Positions 15,780 to 25,086 are shown, counted from the first letter of the stretch. The stretch: 64,000 bases of DNA from Alistipes sp. (GCA_045638285.1 JAZUBB010000019.1:43053-107052); one strand, 5' to 3'. A program made the numbers and translations. The notes: generated from the sequence alone by a model not told the origin.

Positions 15780-16730
15780 ATGATTACGATTTATCTCAAA
15801 CAATACAACAAAATAGTCCGCAACGCCGATCTTCACCTGTTCGACGATCTGGGCTACGACGACATTCTGTGGATCGACCTGCTGAATCCTTCGATCAAGG
15901 AGCAGAAAGCGGTCGAGAACTTTATGGAGTTGAACCTCCAAACGCGCCAGCAGGCGGAGGAGATCGAGTCGACCTCGAAATATTTCGAGACCGAGAATGC
16001 AATTTTCTCGAACTCGAACTTCTTCTTGCGCACGGAGGATACCTTTGCTGTCGAGCCCGTTTCGATGATCATCTCGGAGGGAGTTCTGATCTCGGTGCGC
16101 ACGGCAGAATCGCGTACGGTGCGCGAGGCGGAGAAGAAGTTGCAGATGAACTACCGCGCCTTTCCGACGGGTTACCACCTGATGATCTCGATTTTGGAGG
16201 TGCGTATCGACTTCGACGCCGACCTTGTGGAGAACATCTCACGTCAGATTGCTCGCCTGAGCCGCGACCTGAACTCGGGCGAGGCGGTCGATAAGGAGGA
16301 CTTGCAGCGCATTAACTCGTTGCAGGAGAGCACGATGTTGATCCGCGAGACCATCTTCGACCGCCAACGTGTACTGTCGGGCATCTTGCGTTCGGAGCGT
16401 TTCCCGAACGATATCTACCCCCGTCTGCAACTGATGATCAAGGACGTCAATTCGCTGATCAACCACGCCGATTTCAGTTTTGAGCGTTTGGACTACTTGC
16501 AGGATACGGCGCTCGGTTTGATCAACCTCGACCAGAACAATATCACCAAGATCTTTACGATCGTATCGGTATTCTTCCTGCCCGCGACGTTGATTGCGAG
16601 CTTGTACGGTATGAACTTCAAGTATATGCCCGAGTTGGAGTGGAAGTATGGCTATTGGTTTGCGCTGGGTCTGATTCTGTTGATTTCGGGCGCGATTTTG
16701 AGCTACTTCAAGTATAAGAAGTGGCTGTGA
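15780..16730 (+). CDS. corA: CorA-family magnesium/cobalt transporter
   Basis: YGMNF signature (SLYGMNFKYMPE) followed by two C-terminal TM helices. The ATG at 15780 is preferred over the GTG at 15726. Confidence 0.88.
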   Translation: MITIYLKQYNKIVRNADLHLFDDLGYDDILWIDLLNPSIKEQKAVENFMELNLQTRQQAEEIESTSKYFETENAIFSNSNFFLRTEDTFAVEPVSMIISEGVLISVRTAESRTVREAEKKLQMNYRAFPTGYHLMISILEVRIDFDADLVENISRQIARLSRDLNSGEAVDKEDLQRINSLQESTMLIRETIFDRQRVLSGILRSERFPNDIYPRLQLMIKDVNSLINHADFSFERLDYLQDTALGLINLDQNNITKIFTIVSVFFLPATLIASLYGMNFKYMPELEWKYGYWFALGLILLISGAILSYFKYKKWL

Positions 16731-16757
16731 TTTAGGCGATTCAAACTGCGAAATTAT

Positions 16758-16786
16758 GCCGCGCCCACATTGGGTGCGGCTTTTTT
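16758..16786 (+). terminator. Intrinsic terminator after corA
   Basis: GCCGCGCCC-ACAT-TGGGTGCGGC followed by TTTTTT. Confidence 0.7.
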
Positions 16787-16833
16787 AATTCAAAATTCAA
16801 GATTCAAAATTCAAAAAGCAAAATTCAAAATTA
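16787..16833. repeat. 7-bp repeat array
   Basis: AATTCAAAATTCAAGATTCAAAATTCAAAAAGCAAAATTCAAAATTA. Confidence 0.85.
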
Positions 16834-16837
16834 ACGT

Positions 16838-16894
16838 CACACCTTCTGAGGCTTGCCTTCGGCGACCGCCCCAGCCCCCCCGAAGGTGCGCACG
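16838..16894. repeat. GC-rich nested palindrome, degenerate copy (core in inverted orientation)
   Basis: CACCTTCTGAGGCT-TGCCTTCGGCGACCGCCCC-AGCCCCCCCGAAGGTG. Confidence 0.75.
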
Positions 16895-16954
16895 TGAATA
16901 GTTATTAATTTTGAAAACGCCCCGCCCCGCCCCATTCCATTCGCTCGCCACCAA

Positions 16955-16985
16955 CAAAAAAGAGCCACCCTTCGTGGGTAGCTCT
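16955..16985 (-). terminator. Intrinsic terminator after rpmH
   Basis: The minus strand reads AGAGCTACCC-ACGAA-GGGTGGCTCT followed by TTTTTT. Confidence 0.65.
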
Positions 16986-17013
16986 TATTTTGGCGTTACC
17001 GTCTTCTACGCGA

Positions 17014-17175
17014 TTAAGCGTACTTGAAAGTAGCCTCGTCCGAAACGGTCAGCTTCTTGCGGCCCTTTGCACGACGTGCAGCCAATACCTTACGACCGTT
17101 AGCGGTTGCCATTCTCTGACGGAAACCGTGCTTGTTGATTCTCTTCCTGCGCGAAGGCTGGAATGTTCTTTTCAT
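17014..17175 (-). CDS. rpmH: 50S ribosomal protein L34
   Basis: Hand translation gives [53 protein letters not shown] (53 aa). It is below the ORF-track size cutoff. The core is canonical L34. Confidence 0.92.
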   Translation of the reverse strand: MKRTFQPSRRKRINKHGFRQRMATANGRKVLAARRAKGRKKLTVSDEATFKYA

Positions 17176-17233
17176 CGCCATAACTCTATCTTTTTATATT
17201 TTGTTTTCCAAAAAAATTGTCCTTTGCGGAGTG

Positions 17234-17241
17234 CAAAGGTA
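17234..17241 (-). promoter_or_regulatory. -7 promoter box for rpmH
   Basis: Plus-strand CAAAGGTA is TACCTTTG on the minus strand, 59 nt upstream of the ATG. Confidence 0.4.
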
Positions 17242-17384
17242 TAACATTTTTGTCTTTTACAAAAATTTTAGCACAATATTTTGCTGTTTAGGCGTTGAAA
17301 TCCACACTATAAGCCCTCGTCGAGTAGCGAAATACTCGATTTCCGACCAATTTTTCGCGTAAATGTAGAGATGAGGTGACTTTT

Positions 17385-17699
17385 TTACGCCTCACCCACA
17401 TTGAACCCCATTGCCATTGCTTCGTCGGTTGCGGGTTGCATAGTGACCTCGATTTTGCCCATTGCACTCTCATAGCGAATGATGTTATCCTGCAAAGTCA
17501 TCATCAATCGCTTAGCGTGTTCGGGGGTCATAATGATTCGGCTTTGGACCTTAGCTTTGGGCATTGCCGGCAACATCGACGCAAAATCGAGCACGAACTC
17601 CGACGCCGAGTGAGTGATGACCACAAGGTTCGAGTAACGACCCTGTATGGTCTGCTCGTCGATACTGAGTTCCAACCCCATCTGTTCTCCTTTTGCCAT
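17385..17699 (-). CDS. DUF3467 domain-containing protein
   Basis: From the ATG at 17699 the protein reads MAKGEQMGLELSIDEQ...YSNLVVITHSASEFVLDF...RIIMTPEHAKRLMMTLQDNIIRYE. This fits the DUF3467 pattern. Confidence 0.7.
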   Translation of the reverse strand: MAKGEQMGLELSIDEQTIQGRYSNLVVITHSASEFVLDFASMLPAMPKAKVQSRIIMTPEHAKRLMMTLQDNIIRYESAMGKIEVTMQPATDEAMAMGFNVGEA

Positions 17700-17720
17700 A
17701 GAAATTGCTTTTGGTTGGTG

Positions 17721-17728
17721 CAAAATTA
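17721..17728 (-). promoter_or_regulatory. -7 promoter box for the DUF3467 gene
   Basis: Plus-strand CAAAATTA is TAATTTTG on the minus strand, 22 nt upstream of the ATG. Confidence 0.45.
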
Positions 17729-17824
17729 TCTATTCGAGTCCTACAAAATCCTCGCCTGCGAGAAAATTTATCTACCAATTATTAACAATTTTGAAAAATC
17801 CACACGGCTGAGGCACGTTGTGTG

Positions 17825-17902
17825 GGCGATGCGCACCTTCGGGGGCTGGGGCGGTCGCCGAAGGCGAGCCCCCGAAGGTGTGGCGATTTTGGAGAAATCG
17901 CC
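17825..17902. repeat. GC-rich nested palindrome (canonical copy) plus GGCGATTT...AAATCGCC hairpin
   Basis: The palindrome at 17834-17880 is CACCTTCGGGGGCT-GGGGCGGTCGCCGAAGGCG-AGCCCCCGAAGGTG. It is identical to the copy at 47968-48014. Confidence 0.9.
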
Positions 17903-17994
17903 AATTTTAATTCAAAATTAAAGATTCGAATTTGCTTTGAAATTGGTTCTATTTTTTTCTTCTTATTTTATTATTAATATGTATTAAACCGAAA

Positions 17995-18023
17995 GCAAAA
18001 AAGCCGCACTTTGAAGTGCGGCT
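17995..18023 (-). terminator. Intrinsic terminator after prfC
   Basis: The minus strand reads AGCCGCAC-TTCAAA-GTGCGGCT followed by TTTTTT. It lies just beyond the heptamer array that follows the stop codon. Confidence 0.7.
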
Positions 18024-18025
18024 AT

Positions 18026-18058
18026 AATCTTGAATTTTGAATCTTGAATCTTGAATTG
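18026..18058. repeat. 7-bp repeat array directly 3' of prfC
   Basis: TAATCTTGAATTTTGAATCTTGAATCTTGAATT. Confidence 0.85.
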
Positions 18059-18061
18059 TCG

Positions 18062-19639
18062 TTAGAACTCCGAGGTGAAGTGGAAACGGATATCGGGGAA
18101 GTTCTCCTGCGCCAGCGCGAGTGCGTAGCTCGTGTCGGCGAGGAAGACGTCGCGTCCGTGCTTATCGACCGCCATATTGGTATGCTTACGACGCTTGAAG
18201 TCGGTCAGCTGTGCAGCGTTGTCGCTCTCGATCCAGCACGCTTTGTAGATCGAGATTGGCTCGTAACGACACTTTGCGCCATACTCGTGCTCCAAACGGT
18301 ATTGGATAACCTCGAACTGCAACGCACCGACCGTACCGATAATCTTGCGACCGTTGAGCGACGAGGTGAACAGCTGCGCCACGCCCTCGTCCATCAGCTG
18401 GTCGATACCCTTGCTTAACTGCTTGAATTTCATCGGGTCGGCATTCTCGATATAGCGGAACAACTCAGGCGCAAACGAGGGAATACCGGTGAAGGTGAGC
18501 TTCTCGCCCTCGGTGAAGGTGTCACCGATCTTGAAGTTACCCGTATCGTGCAGACCCACGATGTCACCCGGGTAGGCGAAGTCGATCACCGACTTCTTTT
18601 CCGCCATAAATGCGGTGGGTGACGAGAATTTCAACTGCTTGCCGCTACGCACGTGGAGGTAGTTTTTGTTACGCTCGAACGTACCCGAACAGATCTTCAA
18701 AAAGGCGATTCGGTCGCGGTGGTTGGGGTCCATATTTGCGTGAATCTTAAATACGAAACCTGTCATCTTCGGCTCCTCAGGCTCGATCGGACGCTGCGAG
18801 GTGGTCGAGGGACGGGGCGAGGGAGCGATGTTGATAAAGCACTCCAACAGCTCGCGCACACCGAAGTTGTTGATCGCACTACCGAAGAAAACGGGAGCCA
18901 GCTCACCGCGCAGATATGCCTCGCGGTCGAAAGGCTCATAGACACCATCGACCAGCTCCACATCGTCACGCAACTGCTGTGCGTAGCGACCGATATACTT
19001 CTCCAAGTCGGGGCTGTCGAGCTTGATATCAACCGTCTCGGCGTCGGCAGTCAGACGCTCGTCCGAGAGGAAGAGCGACAGATTCTGCTCGAAGATGTTG
19101 TAAACGCCCTTGAACGTCGGACCGTTGCTGATGGGGAATGCCAGCGGACGCACCTTGATTTGGAGCTCGTTCTCGACCTCGTCCAACAGATCGAACGGGT
19201 CCTTCGACGGGCGGTCCAACTTATTGATATAGACCATCACAGGGGTCTTTCGCATACGGCAGACATTCATCAGTCGGCGGGTCTGCGTCTCGACACCCTT
19301 CGCGCCGTCGATGACGATGATAACGCTATCTACGGCCGTCAGTGTGCGGTAAGTATCCTCGGCAAAGTCCTCGTGACCCGGGGTGTCGAGGATATTGATT
19401 TTGCAGCCGCCATACTCGAAACCCATCACCGACGTAGCGACCGAGATACCGCGCTGACGCTCGATCTCCATAAAGTCCGAGGTTGCGGTCTTTTTGATTT
19501 TGTTGCTTTTCACGGCACCTGCAACGTGGATTGCACCACCGAAGAGCAGCAATTTTTCGGTCAAAGTTGTCTTACCCGCGTCGGGGTGGCTGATGATGGC
19601 GAATGTTCGCCTGCGTGTGATCTCTTCTTGTAAGGTCAT
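18062..19639 (-). CDS. prfC: Peptide chain release factor 3
   Basis: 525 aa. N-terminus [28 protein letters not shown], then DTPGHEDF and NKLD GTPase motifs. RF3 length and domain order. Confidence 0.93.
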   Translation of the reverse strand: MTLQEEITRRRTFAIISHPDAGKTTLTEKLLLFGGAIHVAGAVKSNKIKKTATSDFMEIERQRGISVATSVMGFEYGGCKINILDTPGHEDFAEDTYRTLTAVDSVIIVIDGAKGVETQTRRLMNVCRMRKTPVMVYINKLDRPSKDPFDLLDEVENELQIKVRPLAFPISNGPTFKGVYNIFEQNLSLFLSDERLTADAETVDIKLDSPDLEKYIGRYAQQLRDDVELVDGVYEPFDREAYLRGELAPVFFGSAINNFGVRELLECFINIAPSPRPSTTSQRPIEPEEPKMTGFVFKIHANMDPNHRDRIAFLKICSGTFERNKNYLHVRSGKQLKFSSPTAFMAEKKSVIDFAYPGDIVGLHDTGNFKIGDTFTEGEKLTFTGIPSFAPELFRYIENADPMKFKQLSKGIDQLMDEGVAQLFTSSLNGRKIIGTVGALQFEVIQYRLEHEYGAKCRYEPISIYKACWIESDNAAQLTDFKRRKHTNMAVDKHGRDVFLADTSYALALAQENFPDIRFHFTSEF

Positions 19640-19668
19640 TTTCTATTGTAAATCAATTTTTCAGGGCG

Positions 19669-19676
19669 CAAAGATA
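19669..19676 (-). promoter_or_regulatory. -7 promoter box for prfC
   Basis: Plus-strand CAAAGATA is TATCTTTG on the minus strand, 30 nt upstream of the ATG. Confidence 0.45.
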
Positions 19677-19726
19677 CGAATTAAAATGTGATTTCCGCCG
19701 CCGCAATTTATATATAAAGGGTATTC

Positions 19727-21388
19727 TTACATCAAAAAGAGCAGAATCACCTGAACCAAAACCACCTTCGTGAACATCGCCAGCGGATAGACCGTTGCGT
19801 AGGCTACCGAGGCGTTGTCGCCCTCGATGGTGTCGTTGGCATAGTTCAGAGCCATCGGATTTGCCATACTACCGCACAACATTCCGCAAACCGTAGCGTA
19901 GTCCAAGTGTTTAACTCTCAGCGCATAAAGACCCATAATCAGCACAGGCACAACCGTAATCAGGAATCCCACCGCGATCCACAGCACACCCTCGGGGCGC
20001 ATCACGGTTTCGAAGAATTGAGCACCCGCGTCCAAGCCCAAGCACGCCAAATAGAGCGCAAGACCTAAGCCACGGAGCATCAGATTTGCGCTGCGGGTGG
20101 TGTAGGTGATCAGTCCAAATCGCGGTCCGAACGTGCCGACTAAGATACCGACGATGATCGGTCCGCCCGCCAGTCCGAGTCGCACGGGCGACGAAATACC
20201 GGGCATCGACAGCGGCACCGCACCGAGCGCAAGACCCAAAATCAGACCTATGAAGATCGACATCAGGTTGGGTTCGCTCAGCTCCTTCGAGGCGTTGCCG
20301 AGCTTCTTCTCGACGCGCTCGATCGAGGGCTCCTCGCCCACAACCATCACACGGTCACCGAGTTGCAGCACCAAGTCGGGCGTCGCCAACAGAGGCACAC
20401 CACTGCGATAGATACGCGAGATGTTGATACCGTAGCTATTGCGCAGACGCAACGAGCCGAGGCGTTTGCCATTGATTTCGGGGCGGGTGATGAGGATACT
20501 GCGCGAGAGCAGCTGGCGGTCGATCTTGTTCCAATCGACGTCGCTGCGGTTCCAATCGGTCTGCTCGCGCTCGCCAAACAATACGGTCAACATCTCCGCG
20601 TCGCGCTCCGAGGCTGTCACCAGCAGGCGGTCGCCGAGTTCGATCGTGGTCTTGCCGTCGGGCACCGACACACGACCCTCGCGCCACACACGCGAAATGA
20701 CAAACTGAATGTTGCTCAGCTCGGCAATTTTCGCAAGCGTCTTACCCGCAATCGCCTTATTACTAACCACAAACGTAGCGATGTAGGTCGTATTCACGTG
20801 CTCGGCATCGGGTGCAGCGAAGTCCTCCTTGCCTGCAAAAAACTTGCGGATCACGATGATTGCCAAGATCACACCCACCACACCTAACGGGTAGGTCACC
20901 GCGCAACTCAGAGCCGCGCCACTTGCCGAAACGTCCATCTGCGAGAGCGTCTGCTGTGCTGCACCGAGCGCGGGCGTGTTGGTGGTCGCACCGCACAGGA
21001 TACCCATCATATCGGGCAGCGGAATGGTCGTCACGTAGGTCAGACCGATAGCCATTGCCGTACCGATCAACGCCACGCCTAAACCCAACATATTCAGGCG
21101 AATACCTCCACTGCGGAAGGCACTGAAAAAACCCGGTCCGACCTGCAATCCAAGCTCATAGACGAAGATTATCAGACCGAAATTCTGGGCAAAAGTCAGC
21201 ATTTGCGGATCGACCTTCAAGCCGATGTGACCCGCCAAAATACCCGCAAAAAATACAAACGTAACGCCCAACGAGATACCCTTGACGCGCACTCGTCCAA
21301 GCATCAGACCCACCGCGCAGATGGTCGAGATGACCACTACCGCCTGCAACGGCGACGGGGTGAGATAGAGGGTTTCGAACCAGTTCAT
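19727..21388 (-). CDS. AAE-family (YidE/YbjL-like) transporter with two central RCK_C/TrkA_C domains
   Basis: Duplicated 5-6 TM halves are separated by two soluble repeats (LGDRLLVTASERD / LGDRVMVVGEEP blocks). The ATG giving MNWFETLY is preferred. The ORF-track TTG start at 21418 lies inside a heptamer repeat. Confidence 0.8.
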   Translation of the reverse strand: MNWFETLYLTPSPLQAVVVISTICAVGLMLGRVRVKGISLGVTFVFFAGILAGHIGLKVDPQMLTFAQNFGLIIFVYELGLQVGPGFFSAFRSGGIRLNMLGLGVALIGTAMAIGLTYVTTIPLPDMMGILCGATTNTPALGAAQQTLSQMDVSASGAALSCAVTYPLGVVGVILAIIVIRKFFAGKEDFAAPDAEHVNTTYIATFVVSNKAIAGKTLAKIAELSNIQFVISRVWREGRVSVPDGKTTIELGDRLLVTASERDAEMLTVLFGEREQTDWNRSDVDWNKIDRQLLSRSILITRPEINGKRLGSLRLRNSYGINISRIYRSGVPLLATPDLVLQLGDRVMVVGEEPSIERVEKKLGNASKELSEPNLMSIFIGLILGLALGAVPLSMPGISSPVRLGLAGGPIIVGILVGTFGPRFGLITYTTRSANLMLRGLGLALYLACLGLDAGAQFFETVMRPEGVLWIAVGFLITVVPVLIMGLYALRVKHLDYATVCGMLCGSMANPMALNYANDTIEGDNASVAYATVYPLAMFTKVVLVQVILLFLM

Positions 21389-21403
21389 AATGTCGGTAAT
21401 TAG

Positions 21404-21431
21404 AGATTCAAGATTCAAAATTCAAAATTAA
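21404..21431. repeat. 7-bp repeat array
   Basis: GAGATTCAAGATTCAAAATTCAAAATTAAT. My by-eye indexing here may be off by 1 nt. Confidence 0.75.
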
Positions 21432-21520
21432 TCTGCCTCGGCCGCTTTTCCTCCTTCGCGCCTCAGTCGAGTTCGAGCCTTCGCTCGACTCCGCATTCGG
21501 CTTGGCGTCGGTTCAAAATT
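21427..21520. repeat. Family-2 intergenic repeat (about 94 bp), copy 1
   Basis: Its reverse complement is about 90% identical by eye to 26584-26675. It contains the hairpin TCGAGC-CTTC-GCTCGA and an AAGGAGG-like stretch. Confidence 0.85.
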
Positions 21521-21573
21521 AGCCTTTGCTAACGTTTATTTTGTTTGCAGGACTGAAAATCAAAATTCGCTCA

Positions 21574-21658
21574 GATGGCGGGCGCACACTCGCGGGCTGG
21601 GGCGGTCGCCCAAAGGGCGAGCCCGCGAGTGTGTGTCAAAATCAAAGATTTTGCCAAA
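21574..21658. repeat. GC-rich nested palindrome with compensated stem variant, plus flanking CAAAATCAAAGATTTTG hairpin
   Basis: The palindrome at 21585-21633 is CACACTCGCGGGCT-GGGGCGGTCGCCCAAAGGGCG-AGCCCGCGAGTGTG. It has three arm differences from the 17834 copy, all compensated on the opposite arm. Confidence 0.9.
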
Positions 21659-21686
21659 TAATCTTGAATTTTGAATCCTGAATTTT
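21659..21686. repeat. 7-bp repeat array directly 3' of the S46 peptidase gene
   Basis: TAATCTTGAATTTTGAATCCTGAATTTT. Confidence 0.8.
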
Positions 21687-23757
21687 ATTTAAGTTCCATT
21701 TCGTCGAGCAGGTAGCCCGCGCCGCCGATACGGTCGATCACGAACAACACGTAGCGAATATCCACAGCGATGTTGCGGCAGATTTCGGGGTCGAACTCGA
21801 TGTCGCTCATTGTCGAGAGCCACGTGCGGTCGAAGTTGATACCGACCAGCTCGCCGCGACCATTCAGCACGGGCGAACCCGAATTACCGCCCGTAGTGTG
21901 GTTCGAGGCGATGAAACATACGGGAACGGTGTAGCGACCGTCCATCTCGATGCCCCAACGACCGTAATCCTTCGCGGCATAGATGTCGCGCAACGACTGC
22001 GGAATGTCGTAGTCGTAGATTGCGGGGTCGTCCTTTTCGATGATACCGTCGAGCGTGGTGTAGTGCTTGTGGTAGACAGCGTCGGCATAGCGATAGCCGC
22101 CAACCTTACCGTAAGCAACTCGCAATGTGAGGTTTGCGTCGGGGAAGAAAGCCATCTCCTTGTCGTACTCCATCAGCGCACGCATATAGGGAGCGTAGTA
22201 CTGCGCGATCGACGGTGCGTCGCTCATATTGCGGTAGCGACGCTGCGAGAAGTTGCCGCACTTGATGAGCTCGGTAACGAATCGGTTCATCGGGTCGTTC
22301 TCCATAATCGAGGGCAGGTGGTCGGGATCCGACGCCAAAGCTGCGAACTTCTCAGGCGTGGTCAGCTGACTCTCGTCGAAGAGGTAATCGACAAAGTGGT
22401 CGGTCGACGCAAAACGTGCCATCTCACTCTTCACCGATTCGGGAATATACTGTGCGTCAATATCTTCGACGAATGCTGCAACCAACTTCTTTGCCACCTC
22501 GCGGTCGATGTCGGCAACATAGTTTTTGTAGAATGCCGCCACCGCTTTGTCGTCAGCCGCAGGTTTGCGCTGAGCGACCATACGGGTCAGCTGCGCCAGC
22601 TCGATAGCCGAAATCGACTCGGCAAAGTACTCGGCACGCCAATAGGGGTCGCGCAGCTCGTCGTAAGCCGCATACATCTTCTCCAACAGACCCTTGTATT
22701 CGGGTTTCGACTCTGCCCAAGCGGCGAACTTCTGCTCGTAGGCACGCTTCTTCTCGACCGTACCAAGTCGCTCCAAACCAAGCACTTCGCCCTGCCATTT
22801 CTTCCAAGCGTTGGCGATGTTGGCGTGCTTTGCGGCATACTGGATACGCACCTTCGGGTCAGCCTCCTGAGCCTTCGAGATCACGTCGAGGCGCAGGGTG
22901 CGGAGCTTGATCTTCATCGGATCCGACAGACGCTCGACATAGTCGGCAGCCGACGAGATGACATATCGCTGGGTGTTGCCGGGGAAGCCATAGATCATCG
23001 TGAAGTCGCCCTCCTCGACACCTTTGGTCGAGATTTTGAAGTGGCGGCGGGGTTTGTATGGGACATTCTCGCGCGAGAAGTCGGCGGGTTTGTTCTCCTT
23101 GTTGGCATAGACGCGGAAAACCGAGAAGTCACCCGTGTGGCGCGGCCAGATCCAGTTGTCGGTGTCGCCACCGAACTTGCCGATCGACGAGGGGGGCGCA
23201 CCAACTAAACGCACGTCCGTAAACTTCTCATACACAAACAGAAAATACTGATTTGCGTAGTACAGCGACTCGACCGAGGTCGAATAGCGACCACCCTCCG
23301 ACGCCTCCTTTTTGATAGCGTCGATGTTGGCAGCGATCTTCTCGTCGCCACCCGCTTTGACGCGGTCGGTCACGTCCTCCATACGCACCAGAATCGCCAC
23401 ATAGAGGTTGGGATTGGGCAGCTCCTGCTCGCGCGACATCGCCCAAAAACCGTTGGTCAGGTAGTCGTGCTCGACGCTACTGTGGCTTTGGATTGCGCCA
23501 TAACCGCAGTGGTGGTTGGTGAGCAGCAGACCCTGCTCCGAGATCAACTCGCCCGTGCAGCCGCCATTGAACAACACAACGGCGTCCTTCATCGAGGCGC
23601 GGTTGATGCTGTAAACATCTTCGGCGGTCAGTCGAAAACCCTTCGAACGCATATCCTTAATGCGATTTCCAATCAGGCTCGGGAGCCACATACCCTCGTC
23701 AGCAGCCGCCGAAAAGACGAACATCAGAGCCACGAGAGTCGATAAAAATTTCTTCAT
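21685..23757 (-). CDS. S46 family dipeptidyl-peptidase (DPP7/DPP11 family; Arg at the putative S1 determinant suggests DPP11 type)
   Basis: Signal peptide followed by the ADEGMWLP hallmark. Catalytic blocks TNHHCGY (His) and TGGNSGSPV (Ser). 690 aa. Confidence 0.9.
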   Translation of the reverse strand: MKKFLSTLVALMFVFSAAADEGMWLPSLIGNRIKDMRSKGFRLTAEDVYSINRASMKDAVVLFNGGCTGELISEQGLLLTNHHCGYGAIQSHSSVEHDYLTNGFWAMSREQELPNPNLYVAILVRMEDVTDRVKAGGDEKIAANIDAIKKEASEGGRYSTSVESLYYANQYFLFVYEKFTDVRLVGAPPSSIGKFGGDTDNWIWPRHTGDFSVFRVYANKENKPADFSRENVPYKPRRHFKISTKGVEEGDFTMIYGFPGNTQRYVISSAADYVERLSDPMKIKLRTLRLDVISKAQEADPKVRIQYAAKHANIANAWKKWQGEVLGLERLGTVEKKRAYEQKFAAWAESKPEYKGLLEKMYAAYDELRDPYWRAEYFAESISAIELAQLTRMVAQRKPAADDKAVAAFYKNYVADIDREVAKKLVAAFVEDIDAQYIPESVKSEMARFASTDHFVDYLFDESQLTTPEKFAALASDPDHLPSIMENDPMNRFVTELIKCGNFSQRRYRNMSDAPSIAQYYAPYMRALMEYDKEMAFFPDANLTLRVAYGKVGGYRYADAVYHKHYTTLDGIIEKDDPAIYDYDIPQSLRDIYAAKDYGRWGIEMDGRYTVPVCFIASNHTTGGNSGSPVLNGRGELVGINFDRTWLSTMSDIEFDPEICRNIAVDIRYVLFVIDRIGGAGYLLDEMELK

Positions 23758-23786
23758 AGTCGTTAGTTGTATTTATTTGTTACTCA

Positions 23787-24380
23787 TTACTTTACAAACT
23801 CGGCGAGTGCCGCATAGACTCGCTGCACGGGCAGCCCCATCACGTTGTAGAACGAGCCGTCGATACGCTCGATACCAACGTAACCGATCCACTCCTGAAT
23901 ACCGTAACTACCCGCCTTGTCCATCGGTTGGTAGCGCGTGACGTAGTAGTCGATCTCCTCGTCGGTTAGGGCGCGGAAATAGACATCGCTCTGCACCGCA
24001 AAACTCTCCACGCGGTCGCGCGAACGGAGCGTGACGCCCGTAGTGACGCGGTGGGCACGAGCAGACAACGTGCGCAACATCTCGCGCGCCTCAACCTCAT
24101 CGGCAGGCTTGCCAAGTATCTCATTATCAACTACTACCACCGTATCAGCCGTAAGCAGAATATCGTTCTCGGACAGCTCCGCGGGGTAGCCTTCGCTCTT
24201 CAAGCGCGACAGATAGACGGGCACCTCGTCGGCGTCCATCGTCGCAGGGAACACCTCCTCGACCTCGTATCGTTCCGCCAGCTCATACTCCAATCCGCAG
24301 TCGGCGAGCAGTTGGCGGCGGCGGGGCGACTGACTCGCTAAAATCAGTCGGTAATTTTTAAGCGTATCGTGCAGTAACAT
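23787..24380 (-). CDS. maf: Maf-like nucleoside triphosphate pyrophosphatase
   Basis: LILASQSPRRRQLL N-terminal block and GKPxD...A, GAYGIQ-like (GSYGIQEW) blocks. Confidence 0.88.
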   Translation of the reverse strand: MLLHDTLKNYRLILASQSPRRRQLLADCGLEYELAERYEVEEVFPATMDADEVPVYLSRLKSEGYPAELSENDILLTADTVVVVDNEILGKPADEVEAREMLRTLSARAHRVTTGVTLRSRDRVESFAVQSDVYFRALTDEEIDYYVTRYQPMDKAGSYGIQEWIGYVGIERIDGSFYNVMGLPVQRVYAALAEFVK

Positions 24381-24386
24381 AGCGTA

Positions 24387-25007
24387 TTATCGTATATCAA
24401 AGTCCAACAATCGACGACCCTCCAACGTAGCCACCAGCTCGTCGCCCTCCTTCACTTCGCCCACTCCGACGGGGGTACCTGTGTAGATCAGATCGCCTAT
24501 TTTCAGCGTCACAAACTGCGAAATGTGGCTGATCAACTGATCGACCGTGAAGATCATCTGCGACGTCGATGCCGATTGACGCACCTCGCCATTGAGTGTC
24601 ATCTCGAAATGGAGGTTTTGCACGTCGCCACCCAGCTCCGCGAGCTTCACAAATTCGGGCGAAATGGCAGCCGAGTGGTCGAATGCCTTAGCCATCTCCC
24701 ACGGCTCACCTGCCTCAGCAGCAGCACGTTGCACATCGCGTGCGGTGAAGTCGATACCCAAACCCACCTCGTCGTAGTAGCGGTGGGCAAATCGCTCGGC
24801 AATGCACTTGCCGACGCGGTTGATCCTCACCACCAACTCGCACTCGTAGTGCACCTCGCGGCTGAACGAGGGTACATAAAAGGGGTCGTTATTTCGCAAA
24901 AGAGCCGTGTCGGGTTTCATAAAAAAGATCGGAGCCGAGGGCACCGCACCCATCTTCAACTCATCGACGTGCTCGACGTAATTGCGTGCTATGCAAAAGA
25001 TCTTCAT
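24387..25007 (-). CDS. Fumarylacetoacetate hydrolase (FAH) family protein
   Basis: N-terminus MKIFCIARNYVEH, acidic metal-ligand block YECELV, and C-terminal GDLIYTGTPVGVG. Confidence 0.8.
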   Translation of the reverse strand: MKIFCIARNYVEHVDELKMGAVPSAPIFFMKPDTALLRNNDPFYVPSFSREVHYECELVVRINRVGKCIAERFAHRYYDEVGLGIDFTARDVQRAAAEAGEPWEMAKAFDHSAAISPEFVKLAELGGDVQNLHFEMTLNGEVRQSASTSQMIFTVDQLISHISQFVTLKIGDLIYTGTPVGVGEVKEGDELVATLEGRRLLDFDIR

Positions 25008-25028
25008 CGTTTGTTCGTTACTTTATCC

Positions 25029-25086
25029 CATTATCTACGGCTGGGGGGGGGTCGCACAACAAAGTTTGCGCGAGCCGCAGATAATG
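25029..25086. repeat. GC-rich nested palindrome, CATTATCT-arm subfamily
   Basis: CATTATCTACGGCT-GGGGGGGGTCGCACAACAAAGTTTGCGCG-AGCCGCAGATAATG. It is the inverted partner of 44150-44205. The palindrome AAAATCCATTGGATTTT follows. Confidence 0.85.

Noticed and set aside
21389-21418. The TTG start of the AAE transporter given by the ORF track.
   Set aside because: The first 10 codons lie inside the heptamer repeat array. The ATG giving MNWFETLY is a more plausible start.
21350-21425. An apparent 1-nt discrepancy (G-run near 21357-21361 and A-run near 21418-21421) that would break the transporter reading frame.
   Set aside because: The ORF track gives a continuous 563-aa ORF, and an independent plus-strand ORF agrees with it. 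Most likely I miscounted homopolymers by eye. I used the track coordinates and do not call a frameshift or pseudogene.
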